Shown here: positions 28,528 to 37,722 of the stretch, in pieces
How positions within the stretch are numbered: position 1 is the stretch's first letter
Layout: each line of letters starts with the position of its first letter
NCBI GenBank assembly: GCA_025928935.1
Contig: JAICNB010000006.1
Location: 1,381 to 65,380, forward strand
Length of the DNA: 64,000 nt
Reading direction: 5' to 3'
Source of the DNA: Acidimicrobiia bacterium
GTDB lineage: Bacteria; Actinomycetota; Acidimicrobiia; Spongiisociales; ZC4RG35
Position numbers and translations under genes: made by a program
Notes under the pieces: model-generated
What the model saw: only the letters and a program-made list of their open reading frames with translations
Database searches by the model: none
Told to the model about the DNA's origin: nothing

Positions 28528-29150
28528 TATCCCGACCCGGATGACGAGAGGGATGAGATATCGAGCATCGCTTCATCGAACCAGGTGCTGGCTTCGTTTC
28601 TGAACGCGGGCCCGCCCACCCACACCACGAGGTCGGGCTGCGCCGCCTTCACCGCCTCGACGTAGGGACGGAGGGTGAGTCGGCTGAAGTGCGTCGAGAC
28701 CGACAGGGCCACGGCGTCTGCCCCCAGTTCGGAGATGGCGTCGATCAACTGGTTGACCGGCACACTTGCCCCGAGGAGGTGGACCGTCCAGCCCGCGAGC
28801 GCGAAGCGATCGGCGAGCATGCGTAGTCCGAGATCGTGGAATTCATCTGGTGGGGTGGCCAGGATCACGGTCCGCCCGATGGGCTGCGGAAGCGATTCGC
28901 TGACGACGGGTGCACAGGCTTCGACGATGTTGCGAACGACCGAGGTGACCAGATGCTCCTGCCAGACCTCGGTGCTCCCGGCCTGCCACGAAGCGCCCAG
29001 GTCGACGAGTATGTCGGACAGCACGTCGTACAGGTCGACGATGCCAACTCCCCCCGTCGAGACAGCATTGAGGGCGACCTCGATGGCGCCGGCACGATCA
29101 TGTGCCTCGAGCTGCCCGTCGATGGCTTTCCTCAAGGCTTCACTCGGCAT
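28527..29150 (-). CDS. stand-alone cobalamin-binding protein (CarH-type B12-binding_2 helical bundle plus Rossmann B12-binding domain), no DNA-binding domain
   Basis: W55-x9-E65-H66 (SWQAGSTEVWQEH), E-x-H-x-x-G (EFHDLG, H105) and a GG motif (VWVGGPAF). The TAG stop overlaps the permease GTG by 1 nt. Confidence 0.8.
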   Translation of the reverse strand: MPSEALRKAIDGQLEAHDRAGAIEVALNAVSTGGVGIVDLYDVLSDILVDLGASWQAGSTEVWQEHLVTSVVRNIVEACAPVVSESLPQPIGRTVILATPPDEFHDLGLRMLADRFALAGWTVHLLGASVPVNQLIDAISELGADAVALSVSTHFSRLTLRPYVEAVKAAQPDLVVWVGGPAFRNEASTWFDEAMLDISSLSSSGSG

Positions 29151-29257
29151 GTGGGTCCCGTCGGTGGCCTCGGCAGGCTACCAATGCGCACCATCTGTGC
29201 TTCTCGCCCCCGACCGGTGGGGCGATCCGAGCGTCGCCGTTCAGTGGACCCGTCGCC

Positions 29258-29644
29258 TCAGCGGTCGGCGGGCTCGAAGAGCTCGACGAAATTGCCCGAA
29301 GGGTCCACGAGCAGGATCTGTCTGCCCCCAGGTCCCTCGACGATGTCATTGCGAAACTCTCCTCCGGCGTCGCGCAGGCGGGACACTTCAGCATCCAGAT
29401 CGTCCACGATGAAGTGGATTCGGTTCCAGCCACCCGGTCCGGGTTTGGCTCCGTCCTGCATCGGACGCCCGGCCGAGCTGGTCGGCCCGGCCAGAAGCAA
29501 CCGTAGGTTTCCCCGCTTGACGTCGGCAAAGGCGGGGGCGAAGTTGGTCAGGATCTCGAATTCGAGGACCTCGGTGTAGAAGGCGATCGAATCCTCCACG
29601 TCATCGACCATGTAACGGACATTCACTGTGTCTGCGTCGGACAT
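29258..29644 (-). CDS. VOC family (glyoxalase/bleomycin-resistance fold) protein
   Basis: 128 aa. The pattern VNVRYMVDDVEDSIAFYTEVLEF...IHFIVDDLDAEVSRL...LVDPSGNFVELFE is typical of the paired beta-alpha-beta-beta-beta modules. Confidence 0.75.
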   Translation of the reverse strand: MSDADTVNVRYMVDDVEDSIAFYTEVLEFEILTNFAPAFADVKRGNLRLLLAGPTSSAGRPMQDGAKPGPGGWNRIHFIVDDLDAEVSRLRDAGGEFRNDIVEGPGGRQILLVDPSGNFVELFEPADR

Positions 29645-29717
29645 GCGGACCTCCTGATCGATCATGGTCCATGGCTCTGAGGCTACCGGAGGGGTGGACG
29701 TAGCCGGGGCCCTGCGA

Positions 29718-29873
29718 TCAGACCGGGGGCACCACCAGGATTCTTCCCGGCTCGCACACGATCCGGGTCATGATCATCCTGCAGCCGTCGTGGGTGCTGG
29801 CCAAGGCCACGGAGGCGACGAGTAACAGCACGAGGAACCCCACCAGCCCGAGGAACGCCGCTCTCCTCACCAT
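29718..29873 (-). CDS. small hydrophobic protein, hypothetical
   Basis: MVRRAAFLGLVGFLVLLLVASVALA looks like a signal or anchor helix. There is no clear RBS, so support is weak. Confidence 0.3.
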   Translation of the reverse strand: MVRRAAFLGLVGFLVLLLVASVALASTHDGCRMIMTRIVCEPGRILVVPPV

Positions 29874-29976
29874 GCAGGGGTATTGAAGCGCAGTCCTGGC
29901 GTTGTCCAAGCCGAGGGATGCGTCATTTCGCCGGCGACTGCCCTGCACTAGTCCGATCTATTGCCGCGGCCCGGAC

Positions 29977-30798
29977 ATGCCGATAACACGCCAGACCTCC
30001 GATGGGAGCCCTGTGAGCAGCCGACTCGACGACCTGCGAGATCTGGCCGTGATGCTGGACGAAGGCAAGATCACGCAGAGGGAATACGACATGGTCAAGA
30101 GCGAACTGCTCGACGCCCCGGCGGACGAGTGGGATGAGAACGATCAGCCGGGCGAACATCAGGAAGATCAGGATTCGGAACAGGGATCGGCCACCGGGTC
30201 GGGCGGGCTCCTTGCCAGAATCCCGCCCATCTACAGGCTCGCCGCGACGGGCGCGGCGATTGTCCTGGTGGCGGGGGTGATCCTGGCAGCCAGAGACGAC
30301 ACGGCAGGCTCGGTGCAGGCGGACCCGACCGCCCAGGCGGTGTCGGCGGGACCGTCGGCGGACTCGCTTGGCGTGACGCTGGGCGACCTCACCGAGAGAT
30401 GGAACGAGGTGGATGACCGTCCGTCGATAGATGGAGGGATCATGACCGCGCCCGAACCGGGCCCACTGGACAGTTTCTTGTATCGCTTCGGAGGAACCGC
30501 CGTCATCGCTGGCGCCTACGACCCGACCGATGGATCCGTGCATGCCGTCATGGCTCGAGCCGCGCTCTATGACGAAGCGTCGAACGGGCTGTTCATCCAC
30601 CTCTGTCATCTCCTGCAACCCGGATCTCAGGCCTGTCTCGATGAGTTCATTGCAGTCACCGGGACTTTCGGCCGGCCCCACTCCGAACTCGCCGGTGTCG
30701 AGACGGACACGACGTGGGATCTCGAAGGCCAGACTTGGGAGCTCGAGATCGCCGAGGATGTCGAGACTATAAGGGTGAAGGGCACCGCGGGAAGTTGA
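29977..30798 (+). CDS. membrane-anchored protein with N-terminal SHOCT-like motif
   Basis: LDDLRDLAVMLDEGKITQREYDMVKSELLD matches the SHOCT pattern. An acidic linker, a TM helix (IYRLAATGAAIVLVAGVILAA) and a soluble domain of about 180 aa follow. The start is set at ATG 29977. Confidence 0.6.
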   Translation: MPITRQTSDGSPVSSRLDDLRDLAVMLDEGKITQREYDMVKSELLDAPADEWDENDQPGEHQEDQDSEQGSATGSGGLLARIPPIYRLAATGAAIVLVAGVILAARDDTAGSVQADPTAQAVSAGPSADSLGVTLGDLTERWNEVDDRPSIDGGIMTAPEPGPLDSFLYRFGGTAVIAGAYDPTDGSVHAVMARAALYDEASNGLFIHLCHLLQPGSQACLDEFIAVTGTFGRPHSELAGVETDTTWDLEGQTWELEIAEDVETIRVKGTAGS

Positions 30799-30801
30799 GG
30801 C

Positions 30802-31347
30802 TCAGAGCTTGCTGATGCGATCTCCGACCGAGATGGCGCCATCCTGCAGGACCCGGGCGTAGATCCCGCGTAACCGCATCTCCTTGCCCGGGCCGACGTT
30901 GACGAAGCGAAGCGCATCGGCGCCAAATCTGCCCGCGAACTTGTTACAGCCCGTGTGTGGGGTGTCGGTGATCTCGACCACTGCCGTCCCCATCTCCAGC
31001 TTCTGACCCGGCACCAGATTGACCCGACTCAGATCGAGGTCGGCGACGATGTTGTCCCCGGCGAGCGCCCAACGCTCCCTGCTTCCGGAGACGAGATCCA
31101 GCAGGCGGGAGTTGATGATCGCGATCTGCGTGTCGCGGTAGTCCCGGTATTTCCCGACCGACCAGTGATCGCCGTGGACACCCAATTCGGCACTGATCTC
31201 GACGCTCGCCGGGGTGAGCCGCGCGTCTTCGCTGGGCCGGACCACGATCATCTCGATCGTGCCTGGGTCTTGGGGGCTGAGCGCCAGGGCCGGCAACCCG
31301 GCCTCCAACTCGGCCTTGCTCAGGTGAAGTCCGGTGTGCTCGCTCAT
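30802..31347 (-). CDS. MOSC domain-containing protein (YiiM-like)
   Basis: Motifs GVHGDHW, ITDTPHTGCNKF and GIYARVLQDGAISVGDRI. The ATG overlaps the MFS stop (ATGA at 31344-31347). Confidence 0.8.
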   Translation of the reverse strand: MSEHTGLHLSKAELEAGLPALALSPQDPGTIEMIVVRPSEDARLTPASVEISAELGVHGDHWSVGKYRDYRDTQIAIINSRLLDLVSGSRERWALAGDNIVADLDLSRVNLVPGQKLEMGTAVVEITDTPHTGCNKFAGRFGADALRFVNVGPGKEMRLRGIYARVLQDGAISVGDRISKL

Positions 31348-32633
31348 GCCGCCTCGGCCGGGCTGCCCTCGGGCCGGCTGTGTTTGCCCTCGAAGTTGGG
31401 GCCGAACGTGTCTTTCCAAACCACCGTCGTCAGCAACCATAAGGCGGTCACCACCAGCACAGCGGTGAATATGCGAGCGACCATGGGCAGGGATTCCTCC
31501 GATGACCCCAGCCATCCCCCAATGAGGGCGCCTATGGGAAGGGTTGCCCACCCGATGGCCCTGCTCACGGTGACGACCCTGCCCAGCATGTTGTCATCGG
31601 CGTAGTGCTGTCTGATGGTGGCCAGCGACACGTTGATCAGCGAGACACCGATCATCCAACCCACGTTCAGGGCCAGAGCGAGCACGCCGTATCTGGTGAA
31701 TAGAACGACGAACAGCAGGACTCCGGCCACCAGCATGCCGTAGGTCATGGTGCGCCCCAACCCGACAGTTCTGATCACCTGTGGGGCCACCAGGGCACCG
31801 ACGATCCCACCGATGCACATGGCGGCCACCAGCACCCCTATCTCGGCGGTGTTGGCGGCGGCGAGGATCACGGAGAAGAGGAGGACGAAGGTCGCCTCGA
31901 TGAAGCCCATGACGAAGTTGGGCACGGCGGCGGCGATGGTGGTAATCCGAAGCCGTGGCTCGGCCCAGATGTAGCGAAGACCGTCCATGGCCTCGGTGAA
32001 GAACCTCGAGCGGGTGTCGGACGGGCTGCGGTGGTGTTCCACCCGCCCGACGCCGAGGAGGAACACGGCAGAGACGACGAAGCTCAGCCCGTTGACGTAG
32101 AGACCGAGGTCTGGGGCCCCTCGGGTATAGGCGAAGATCCCACCGGCCAGGGCCCCTATCGCGAAATTCGCCTGCTGGCTGGCTGCCACGAAGCTGTTGG
32201 CGTCGGCCAGTCGCTTTCGCGGGACCAGGGAGGGGATGAGGGCGAACAAGGCCCCGTCGAAGAAAGTGGTGAATGAGCCGACCAGGAACGCCATGAGAAA
32301 GACGGTGCCGGTCCCGTACGAGCCGTAGGAGGCGGCCAGATAGAAGAAAGCAGATGCCCGGAGCAGGTCGGTCGCCACCATGACCGGGCGCAGCGGCCAT
32401 CTGTCGATGAAGACCCCGACGAACAGCCCGAGCAGCAGAGCCGGGGCGGTCTCCAGGGCGTATGTGATGGCGAAGTCGAGGGTCGACTCGATCCCGCTCT
32501 TCTGCTGGATGTCCAGGACCAGGAAGGGGAGGGTGACCCAGGCGACGTATGTCCCGAAATGGCTCACCGCCTGGCCGACCCATAGGGCCAGATACCTCGG
32601 CCCCAGTGAGGTCAGCGACCTGAAGAAGCTCAC
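31344..32633 (-). CDS. MFS transporter (12 TM)
   Basis: Twelve hydrophobic segments, with a short basic motif between TM2 and TM3 (GVFIDRWPLRP). Confidence 0.85.
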   Translation of the reverse strand: MSFFRSLTSLGPRYLALWVGQAVSHFGTYVAWVTLPFLVLDIQQKSGIESTLDFAITYALETAPALLLGLFVGVFIDRWPLRPVMVATDLLRASAFFYLAASYGSYGTGTVFLMAFLVGSFTTFFDGALFALIPSLVPRKRLADANSFVAASQQANFAIGALAGGIFAYTRGAPDLGLYVNGLSFVVSAVFLLGVGRVEHHRSPSDTRSRFFTEAMDGLRYIWAEPRLRITTIAAAVPNFVMGFIEATFVLLFSVILAAANTAEIGVLVAAMCIGGIVGALVAPQVIRTVGLGRTMTYGMLVAGVLLFVVLFTRYGVLALALNVGWMIGVSLINVSLATIRQHYADDNMLGRVVTVSRAIGWATLPIGALIGGWLGSSEESLPMVARIFTAVLVVTALWLLTTVVWKDTFGPNFEGKHSRPEGSPAEAA

Positions 32634-32691
32634 TGGCGGTGCACCATACCGGTCTGTTCAGCCTGTCCAGGCGTTGTTAGCCTGCATTGCG

Positions 32692-32994
32692 ATGGCCGAC
32701 CCTCGTGAGATCCCGCAGCTGACGACCGAGCTGATCGACATGTCGCGGGAGTACCTTCGTCAGGAGACGCTCGAGCCGGCCAAACAGCTCGGTCGTCAGG
32801 CGGGACGAGGTCTCGGGGGGGCGATGGCCATCGCTCTCGGGGCTTTTTTCATGGTCCTGGCCGTCTACAGCGCGTTGAAGATGCTGCTGCCTTCCGGGGC
32901 TTGGTGGGTCGTGCTGGCGCGATTCATCACTGCACTCGTCGCCGCCGGAGGAGCAGCCCTCGTCGGTTGGAGGCTGAATCGTGACGATTACTAG
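32692..32994 (+). CDS. small two-TM membrane protein, holin-X-like (tentative)
   Basis: ATG 32692 lies inside ORF 32380..32994. An amphipathic N-terminus is followed by two TM helices. The family call is from memory only. Confidence 0.5.
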   Translation: MADPREIPQLTTELIDMSREYLRQETLEPAKQLGRQAGRGLGGAMAIALGAFFMVLAVYSALKMLLPSGAWWVVLARFITALVAAGGAALVGWRLNRDDY

Positions 32995-33175
32995 GCAAGA
33001 CATCGAGGCGAAGGCCAACGAGATCGTCTCCGCGGTCAATCAGACGAAGGAATCGGCGCGCGATACAGCTGTTGCCGCCGGCGTGGTGGTAGCGATCCTC
33101 ATCCTGCTCGCCTTCGTCTTCGGCCGCCGCCGCGGGTCCAGGAACAAGACCCTGATCGAGGTCTACCGGGTCTGA
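32981..33175 (+). CDS. small single-TM protein, hypothetical
   Basis: The GTG start overlaps the previous gene by 14 nt. A charged helix is followed by the TM VAAGVVVAILILLAFVF and a basic tail. Confidence 0.5.
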   Translation: MTITRQDIEAKANEIVSAVNQTKESARDTAVAAGVVVAILILLAFVFGRRRGSRNKTLIEVYRV

Positions 33176-33178
33176 CCT

Positions 33179-33439
33179 TCAGGAACGCCCGGGCCGAATC
33201 ACCTCGATCTTCGGGTCGCCGCGACGTTTGTGATGGATGAGAAGCGCGGAGCCTTCGGGGAGGCTTCTCCGATAGAGGAGTCGACGGCGTGGCCGGGACC
33301 TCCTCATATAGGCCAGGGCCGCCAGGCTCAGACCGGTGTAGAGCTGCCGCTGGTCGCCGGTGCGGAGCCCGCGCAGCGTGCGATCGACGCTGGCAGCCGT
33401 CAGGTCCCGTATCCCGATGAGGCGTAAGAGCCAATCCAT
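33179..33439 (-). CDS. hypothetical basic protein
   Basis: ORF 33179..33460(-), with ATG 33439 (MDWLLRL...) preferred. No motif recognised. Confidence 0.35.
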   Translation of the reverse strand: MDWLLRLIGIRDLTAASVDRTLRGLRTGDQRQLYTGLSLAALAYMRRSRPRRRLLYRRSLPEGSALLIHHKRRGDPKIEVIRPGRS

Positions 33440-33478
33440 CTGTCTACCGTTGCCCTCCACCGATGAGCTATCAGTCCC

Positions 33479-33574
33479 ATGCAGAATAAGCAGTTCGTTC
33501 GAGTCGTCATCTGGGTGGTCGTCATCTCCATGGTGCTCGGCCTCGGCGTCACGGTGTTCGCCCTGCTCTCATGA
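33479..33574 (+). CDS. candidate 31-aa single-TM micro-protein upstream of trmI
   Basis: Manual translation gives MQNKQFVRVVIWVVVISMVLGLGVTVFALLS*. Its TGA overlaps the trmI ATG (ATGA at 33571-33574). It is below the ORF-track cutoff. Confidence 0.3.
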   Translation: MQNKQFVRVVIWVVVISMVLGLGVTVFALLS

Positions 33575-34359
33575 GGTTGGAGGCGGGTGATCCTGCCCTC
33601 CTGATCGATTCCAAGGGACGTCAGTTCCTCCTCGACCTCAACCCTGATCGCACCTTCCAATATCACGAGGGCTCAGTCGCCCACCGCGACCTGATCGGAC
33701 AGGAGGAAGGCAGCTGGGTCACGTCGTCGACCGGGGCACATCTCTTGCTGCTTCGCCCGCGCCTGGCCGACTTCGTGCTCAAGATGAAGCGGGGCGCCCA
33801 GGTCGTGTATCCAAAGGACCTCGGCCCGATCCTGGTCTACGCCGACATCGGCCCCGGGATGACGGTTCTCGAAGCCGGCTCGGGGTCGGGAGCCCTCACC
33901 ATCGGCTTGAGCCGGGCGGTGGGCCCGGACGGCCGTGTAGTCAGCGTCGAGCTGCGAGACGACCATGCCGCCCACGCCCGTAAGGCCGTCGGTCGCTTCT
34001 ACGGCGAGGTGCCCGACAACGTCGAGCTCAGGACGGGGGATGTTGCCGACGAGGTCGAGGATGTCGCTCCTGGCCGCATCGTCCTGGACCTGCCCGAGCC
34101 GTGGCACGTGGTGGAGGCCGCGGCTGCGCACCAGCCCGGCGGCGGGATCCTTGCTGCCTATCTGCCAACGGTGATCCAGGTCCAGACCCTGGTCGAAGCC
34201 GCACGCGCCACCGGAGTGTTCGCCGAGGTCGAGGTGAAGGAGTTCCTGGCACGTGATTGGAACGTGAGCGGGCGGTCGGTCCGTCCCGAGCATCACATGG
34301 TCGGGCACACCGGTTTCCTCGTCTTCATGAGGAAGACAGCCACGAGGCCTCAGCCCTGA
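33571..34359 (+). CDS. trmI: tRNA (adenine58-N1)-methyltransferase TrmI-like
   Basis: SAM motif LEAGSGSGALT, with an N-terminal beta domain. It lies next to the proteasome ATPase, as does mycobacterial Rv2118c. Confidence 0.85.
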   Translation: MRLEAGDPALLIDSKGRQFLLDLNPDRTFQYHEGSVAHRDLIGQEEGSWVTSSTGAHLLLLRPRLADFVLKMKRGAQVVYPKDLGPILVYADIGPGMTVLEAGSGSGALTIGLSRAVGPDGRVVSVELRDDHAAHARKAVGRFYGEVPDNVELRTGDVADEVEDVAPGRIVLDLPEPWHVVEAAAAHQPGGGILAAYLPTVIQVQTLVEAARATGVFAEVEVKEFLARDWNVSGRSVRPEHHMVGHTGFLVFMRKTATRPQP

Positions 34360-34519
34360 CCCGTTGCCCCTCAAGTCGGGCGACGGGCGCGCCGACGCTC
34401 TCTTTTGTCGGGATCGGGTGGCATGATCGCCCTCATGTCTCTCGGGTTCACAACCCGGGGAACAACAGAAACCGATTCGTATACTGCTAAACAAGGCGAC
34501 CAAGGCCAGGAGGAAGCCC

Positions 34520-36247
34520 GTGGACGAAGGACGGAGAGCGGACGACGCCACTCAGCTGCGCGGTGTCGTCGCTGCCCTCGAAGAGGAGATCGCCGTCCTG
34601 CGTCGTCGAGTGCGGGACGCACCGGCCCGCGTCGAAGAGCTGGAGAACGAGCTGACCCGGATGAGGGAGCGGCTCGACCGGGCGATGACTCAGAACGACA
34701 AGCTGTCCGCAGTCCTCGAAGAGGCGCGGGAGCAGCTCGGCGTGCTGAGGGAGGAGGTCGAGAAGCTCACATCTCCACCCAACAACTTCGGCACCGTCCT
34801 CCAGGTCAACGACGACGGGACCGTCGACATCATGACCGGGAGCCGCAAGCTGCGGGTCGCGGCACAGCCCAACGTCGAGGTGAAGAAACTCCTCGTCGGC
34901 CAGGAGGTGCTGCTCAACGAAGCCTTCAACGTCATCGATATCCGCCATTTCGAGCCCGCCGGAGACGTCCTCCGAGTGCGGGAAGTGCTCACCGACGGGA
35001 GGGTCGTCGTCTTCGCCCACGCCGACGAGGAGAGGGTCCTCCAGCGCTCCGAGACCATGATCGACGTGAAGCTCCGCCCCGGCGACTATGTCCGGATCGA
35101 CACCAAGACCGGGTTGATCCTGGAGAAGATGGAGCGCCCGGAGGTCGAGGAACTGGTCCTCGAAGAGGTGCCGGACATCACCTATGAGGACGTCGGCGGC
35201 CTGGCCGACCAGATCGAGCAGATCCGGGACACGGTCGAGCTTCCCTACATGCACAAGGACCTGTTCCGCGAATACGAGCTCGACCCCCCGAAGGGGATCC
35301 TTCTCTACGGGCCACCGGGCTGTGGCAAGACGTTGATCGCCAAGGCGGTCGCCAACAGTTTGGCCAAGAAGGTCTCCGAGCAGACCGGCAGCCCCGATGT
35401 TCGCTCCTACTTCCTCAACATCAAGGGCCCCGAGCTGCTCAACAAGTGGGTCGGCGAGACCGAGCGCCAGATCCGCCTCATCTTCCAACGGGCCAAGGAG
35501 AAGTCCGACGAGGGCGTGCCGGTCATCGTCTTCTTCGACGAGATGGACTCGCTGTTCCGCACCAGGGGGACCGGCATCAGCTCCGATGTCGAGTCGACCA
35601 TCGTGCCCCAGCTCCTGTCCGAGCTCGACGGTGTGGAATCGTTGAAGAACGTCGTGGTCATCGGCGCCTCCAACCGAGAGGACCTCATCGACCCCGCCAT
35701 CCTCCGACCGGGCCGGCTCGACGTGAAGATCAGGATCAACCGCCCCGACACCCAGGCGGCCCGGGAGATCTTCCGCATCTACATCAGTGACGAGACACCG
35801 CTCGATGTGGACGCCATGGCAGAGCACGACGGCGACAAGGCCAAGGTGATCGATGCCTACATCGAGGCCACGGTTGCGGCGATGTACTCGGAGTCCGACG
35901 AGAACAGGTTCCTGGAGGTCACCTATGCGTCGGGGGACCGCGAGGTGCTGTATTTCAAAGACTTCGCGTCGGGCGCGATGATCGAGAACATCGTGAGACG
36001 GGCCAAGAAGGACGCCATCAAGAGGCAGATCGCCGGTGGCGAGCCGGGTGTGCGGCTCTCCGACCTGATCGATGCCATCAAACAGGAGTTCCGGGAGCAG
36101 GAGGACCTGCCCAACACCACCAATCCCGACGACTGGGCCAGGGTCTCGGGCAAGAAGGGAGAGCGGATCGTCCACGTCCGCACCCTGGTAGATGGCGACG
36201 ACGAGAGTCGACTGATCGAGAAGGTCTCAGCGGGTCAATACCTCTGA
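34520..36247 (+). CDS. mpa: proteasome-associated AAA ATPase Mpa/ARC
   Basis: N-terminal coiled coil, OB region, Walker [16 protein letters not shown], Walker [11 protein letters not shown] and a C-terminal GQYL proteasome-docking motif. Confidence 0.95.
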   Translation: MDEGRRADDATQLRGVVAALEEEIAVLRRRVRDAPARVEELENELTRMRERLDRAMTQNDKLSAVLEEAREQLGVLREEVEKLTSPPNNFGTVLQVNDDGTVDIMTGSRKLRVAAQPNVEVKKLLVGQEVLLNEAFNVIDIRHFEPAGDVLRVREVLTDGRVVVFAHADEERVLQRSETMIDVKLRPGDYVRIDTKTGLILEKMERPEVEELVLEEVPDITYEDVGGLADQIEQIRDTVELPYMHKDLFREYELDPPKGILLYGPPGCGKTLIAKAVANSLAKKVSEQTGSPDVRSYFLNIKGPELLNKWVGETERQIRLIFQRAKEKSDEGVPVIVFFDEMDSLFRTRGTGISSDVESTIVPQLLSELDGVESLKNVVVIGASNREDLIDPAILRPGRLDVKIRINRPDTQAAREIFRIYISDETPLDVDAMAEHDGDKAKVIDAYIEATVAAMYSESDENRFLEVTYASGDREVLYFKDFASGAMIENIVRRAKKDAIKRQIAGGEPGVRLSDLIDAIKQEFREQEDLPNTTNPDDWARVSGKKGERIVHVRTLVDGDDESRLIEKVSAGQYL

Positions 36248-37716
36248 TGGCCATCCACAAGGTGCTCGGCACCGAGACCGAGTACGGCATCGTGGTGAGG
36301 GGTGACGTCGGCTTCAACCCGGCTGTTGCCTCTTCCCTGGTGGTCAACAGCTATCCCGGCGTCCGGGTCAAAGTGCAGTGGTCCTACGAGGAGGAATCGC
36401 CGGGCAGGGACGCCCGCGGCTTCGGGCACGACACCTTTGGCGTCGTGGACCCCGAAGGGGCGGTGGTCAACTCGGTGTTGGCCAACGGCGCCCGTCTCTA
36501 TGTGGATCACGCCCACCCCGAGTACTCGGCACCGGAGTGCTACGACCCGCTGGAAGCTGCCCTCTACGACAAGGTGGGCGAGGTCGTCATGCACGCGGCG
36601 GGGCGCGCTGCCAGCGAGGTGGCCGGGAAGAAGGTGTCCCTCTACAAGAACAACTCGGATGGAAAGGGCAACTCCTACGGAGCGCACGAGAACTACCTGC
36701 TGTCCCGGGAGACACCTTTCGGCGACGTGATCCGCTTCGCCACCACGTTTCTCGTCACCCGACAGATCTTCACGGGTGCGGGCAAGGTCGGGTCGGAGAA
36801 CGATCGGCCGGCGGTCGGGTTCCAGCTGACCCAGAGGGCCGACTTCTTTGAGGAGGAGGTTGGCCTGGAGACCACTCTGAAGCGCCCGATCATCAACACC
36901 AGGGACGAGCCGCACGGGGACCCGTCCAAGTACCGCAGGCTCCACGTGATCATCGGGGACGCCAACCTTTCGGAGGACCAGAACTTCTTGAAGATCGGGT
37001 CGACGGCCCTGATGCTCGCCGCTCTCGAAGACGGAGCGCTGCCCGACCCACTGGATCTCGACGACCCCGTGGAATCCTGCTGGCAGGTCAGCCACGACAC
37101 CGGCTTGAGCCGGCCGCTCGAGCTGGACGGTGGTGGCACGGCTACGGCTCTCGAGATGCAGGGCCGTTACCTCGAGTGGCTGACCAAGTACGTGGAGAAG
37201 GAGCTCGACGACCCGGTCTGGGACCAGGTGATCCGGGAATGGGAGCGCACCCTCGAGGGGCTGGCCACCAATCCTGACAGCTTGGCCGACACCCTCGACT
37301 GGGTGGCCAAGAAACGACTTTTCGAAGGCTTCATCGGTCGGGACGACCTGACCTGGGATGACCCCAAACTGCGTGCCCTCGACCTCCAGTACCACGATGT
37401 CGACCCGGAAAAGGGGCTCTACCACCGCCTGGCGAACAGGGGTGCGATGCGCCGCCTCTTCGATGACGCACAAATCGGCGCTGCCGCGACGAACCCGCCG
37501 AGCCGAACCCGCGCCTATTTCCGGGGCCGCTGTGTGGCCGAGTTCTCGGACTCCCTGGTCGCTGCCAACTGGGATTCGCTCGTCTTCGACACCGGCGAAT
37601 CGCATCTCAAGCGGGTTCCTATGATGGAGCCACTTCGAGGTGGCGCCGACCTGGTCGGAGCCATGATCGACGAAGCCGAAGACGCGGCCGACCTTCTGCG
37701 TCGCCTAGGAGGATGA
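36247..37716 (+). CDS. dop: Pup deamidase/depupylase Dop
   Basis: The N-terminus [16 protein letters not shown] shows a PafA/Dop family fold. The position between mpa and pup fits. The ATG overlaps the mpa stop by 1 nt. Confidence 0.95.
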   Translation: MAIHKVLGTETEYGIVVRGDVGFNPAVASSLVVNSYPGVRVKVQWSYEEESPGRDARGFGHDTFGVVDPEGAVVNSVLANGARLYVDHAHPEYSAPECYDPLEAALYDKVGEVVMHAAGRAASEVAGKKVSLYKNNSDGKGNSYGAHENYLLSRETPFGDVIRFATTFLVTRQIFTGAGKVGSENDRPAVGFQLTQRADFFEEEVGLETTLKRPIINTRDEPHGDPSKYRRLHVIIGDANLSEDQNFLKIGSTALMLAALEDGALPDPLDLDDPVESCWQVSHDTGLSRPLELDGGGTATALEMQGRYLEWLTKYVEKELDDPVWDQVIREWERTLEGLATNPDSLADTLDWVAKKRLFEGFIGRDDLTWDDPKLRALDLQYHDVDPEKGLYHRLANRGAMRRLFDDAQIGAAATNPPSRTRAYFRGRCVAEFSDSLVAANWDSLVFDTGESHLKRVPMMEPLRGGADLVGAMIDEAEDAADLLRRLGG

Positions 37717-37722
37717 ATCTGG

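Noticed and set aside
29151-29257. Possible cobalamin riboswitch upstream of the B12-binding/ABC unit. The minus strand contains CCACTG, reminiscent of the B12 box.
   Set aside because: The spacer is only 107 nt, too short for a cobalamin aptamer plus expression platform. The other conserved cobalamin-aptamer segments are not visible. The hairpins present look like a terminator for the upstream VOC gene.
26553-33460. Integrated prophage or genomic island at tRNA-Leu.
   Set aside because: There is no integrase, excisionase, phage structural or conjugation gene, and no visible repeat of the tRNA 3' end. It is kept only as a low-interest variable-region note.
34360-34519. The 160-nt spacer upstream of mpa as a possible regulatory RNA, and ORF 34405..35187 (260 aa).
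   Set aside because: I could find no convincing conserved structure or motif by eye. The ORF is an Arg-rich alternative frame of mpa. I cannot exclude a promoter or leader element, but there is nothing specific to report.
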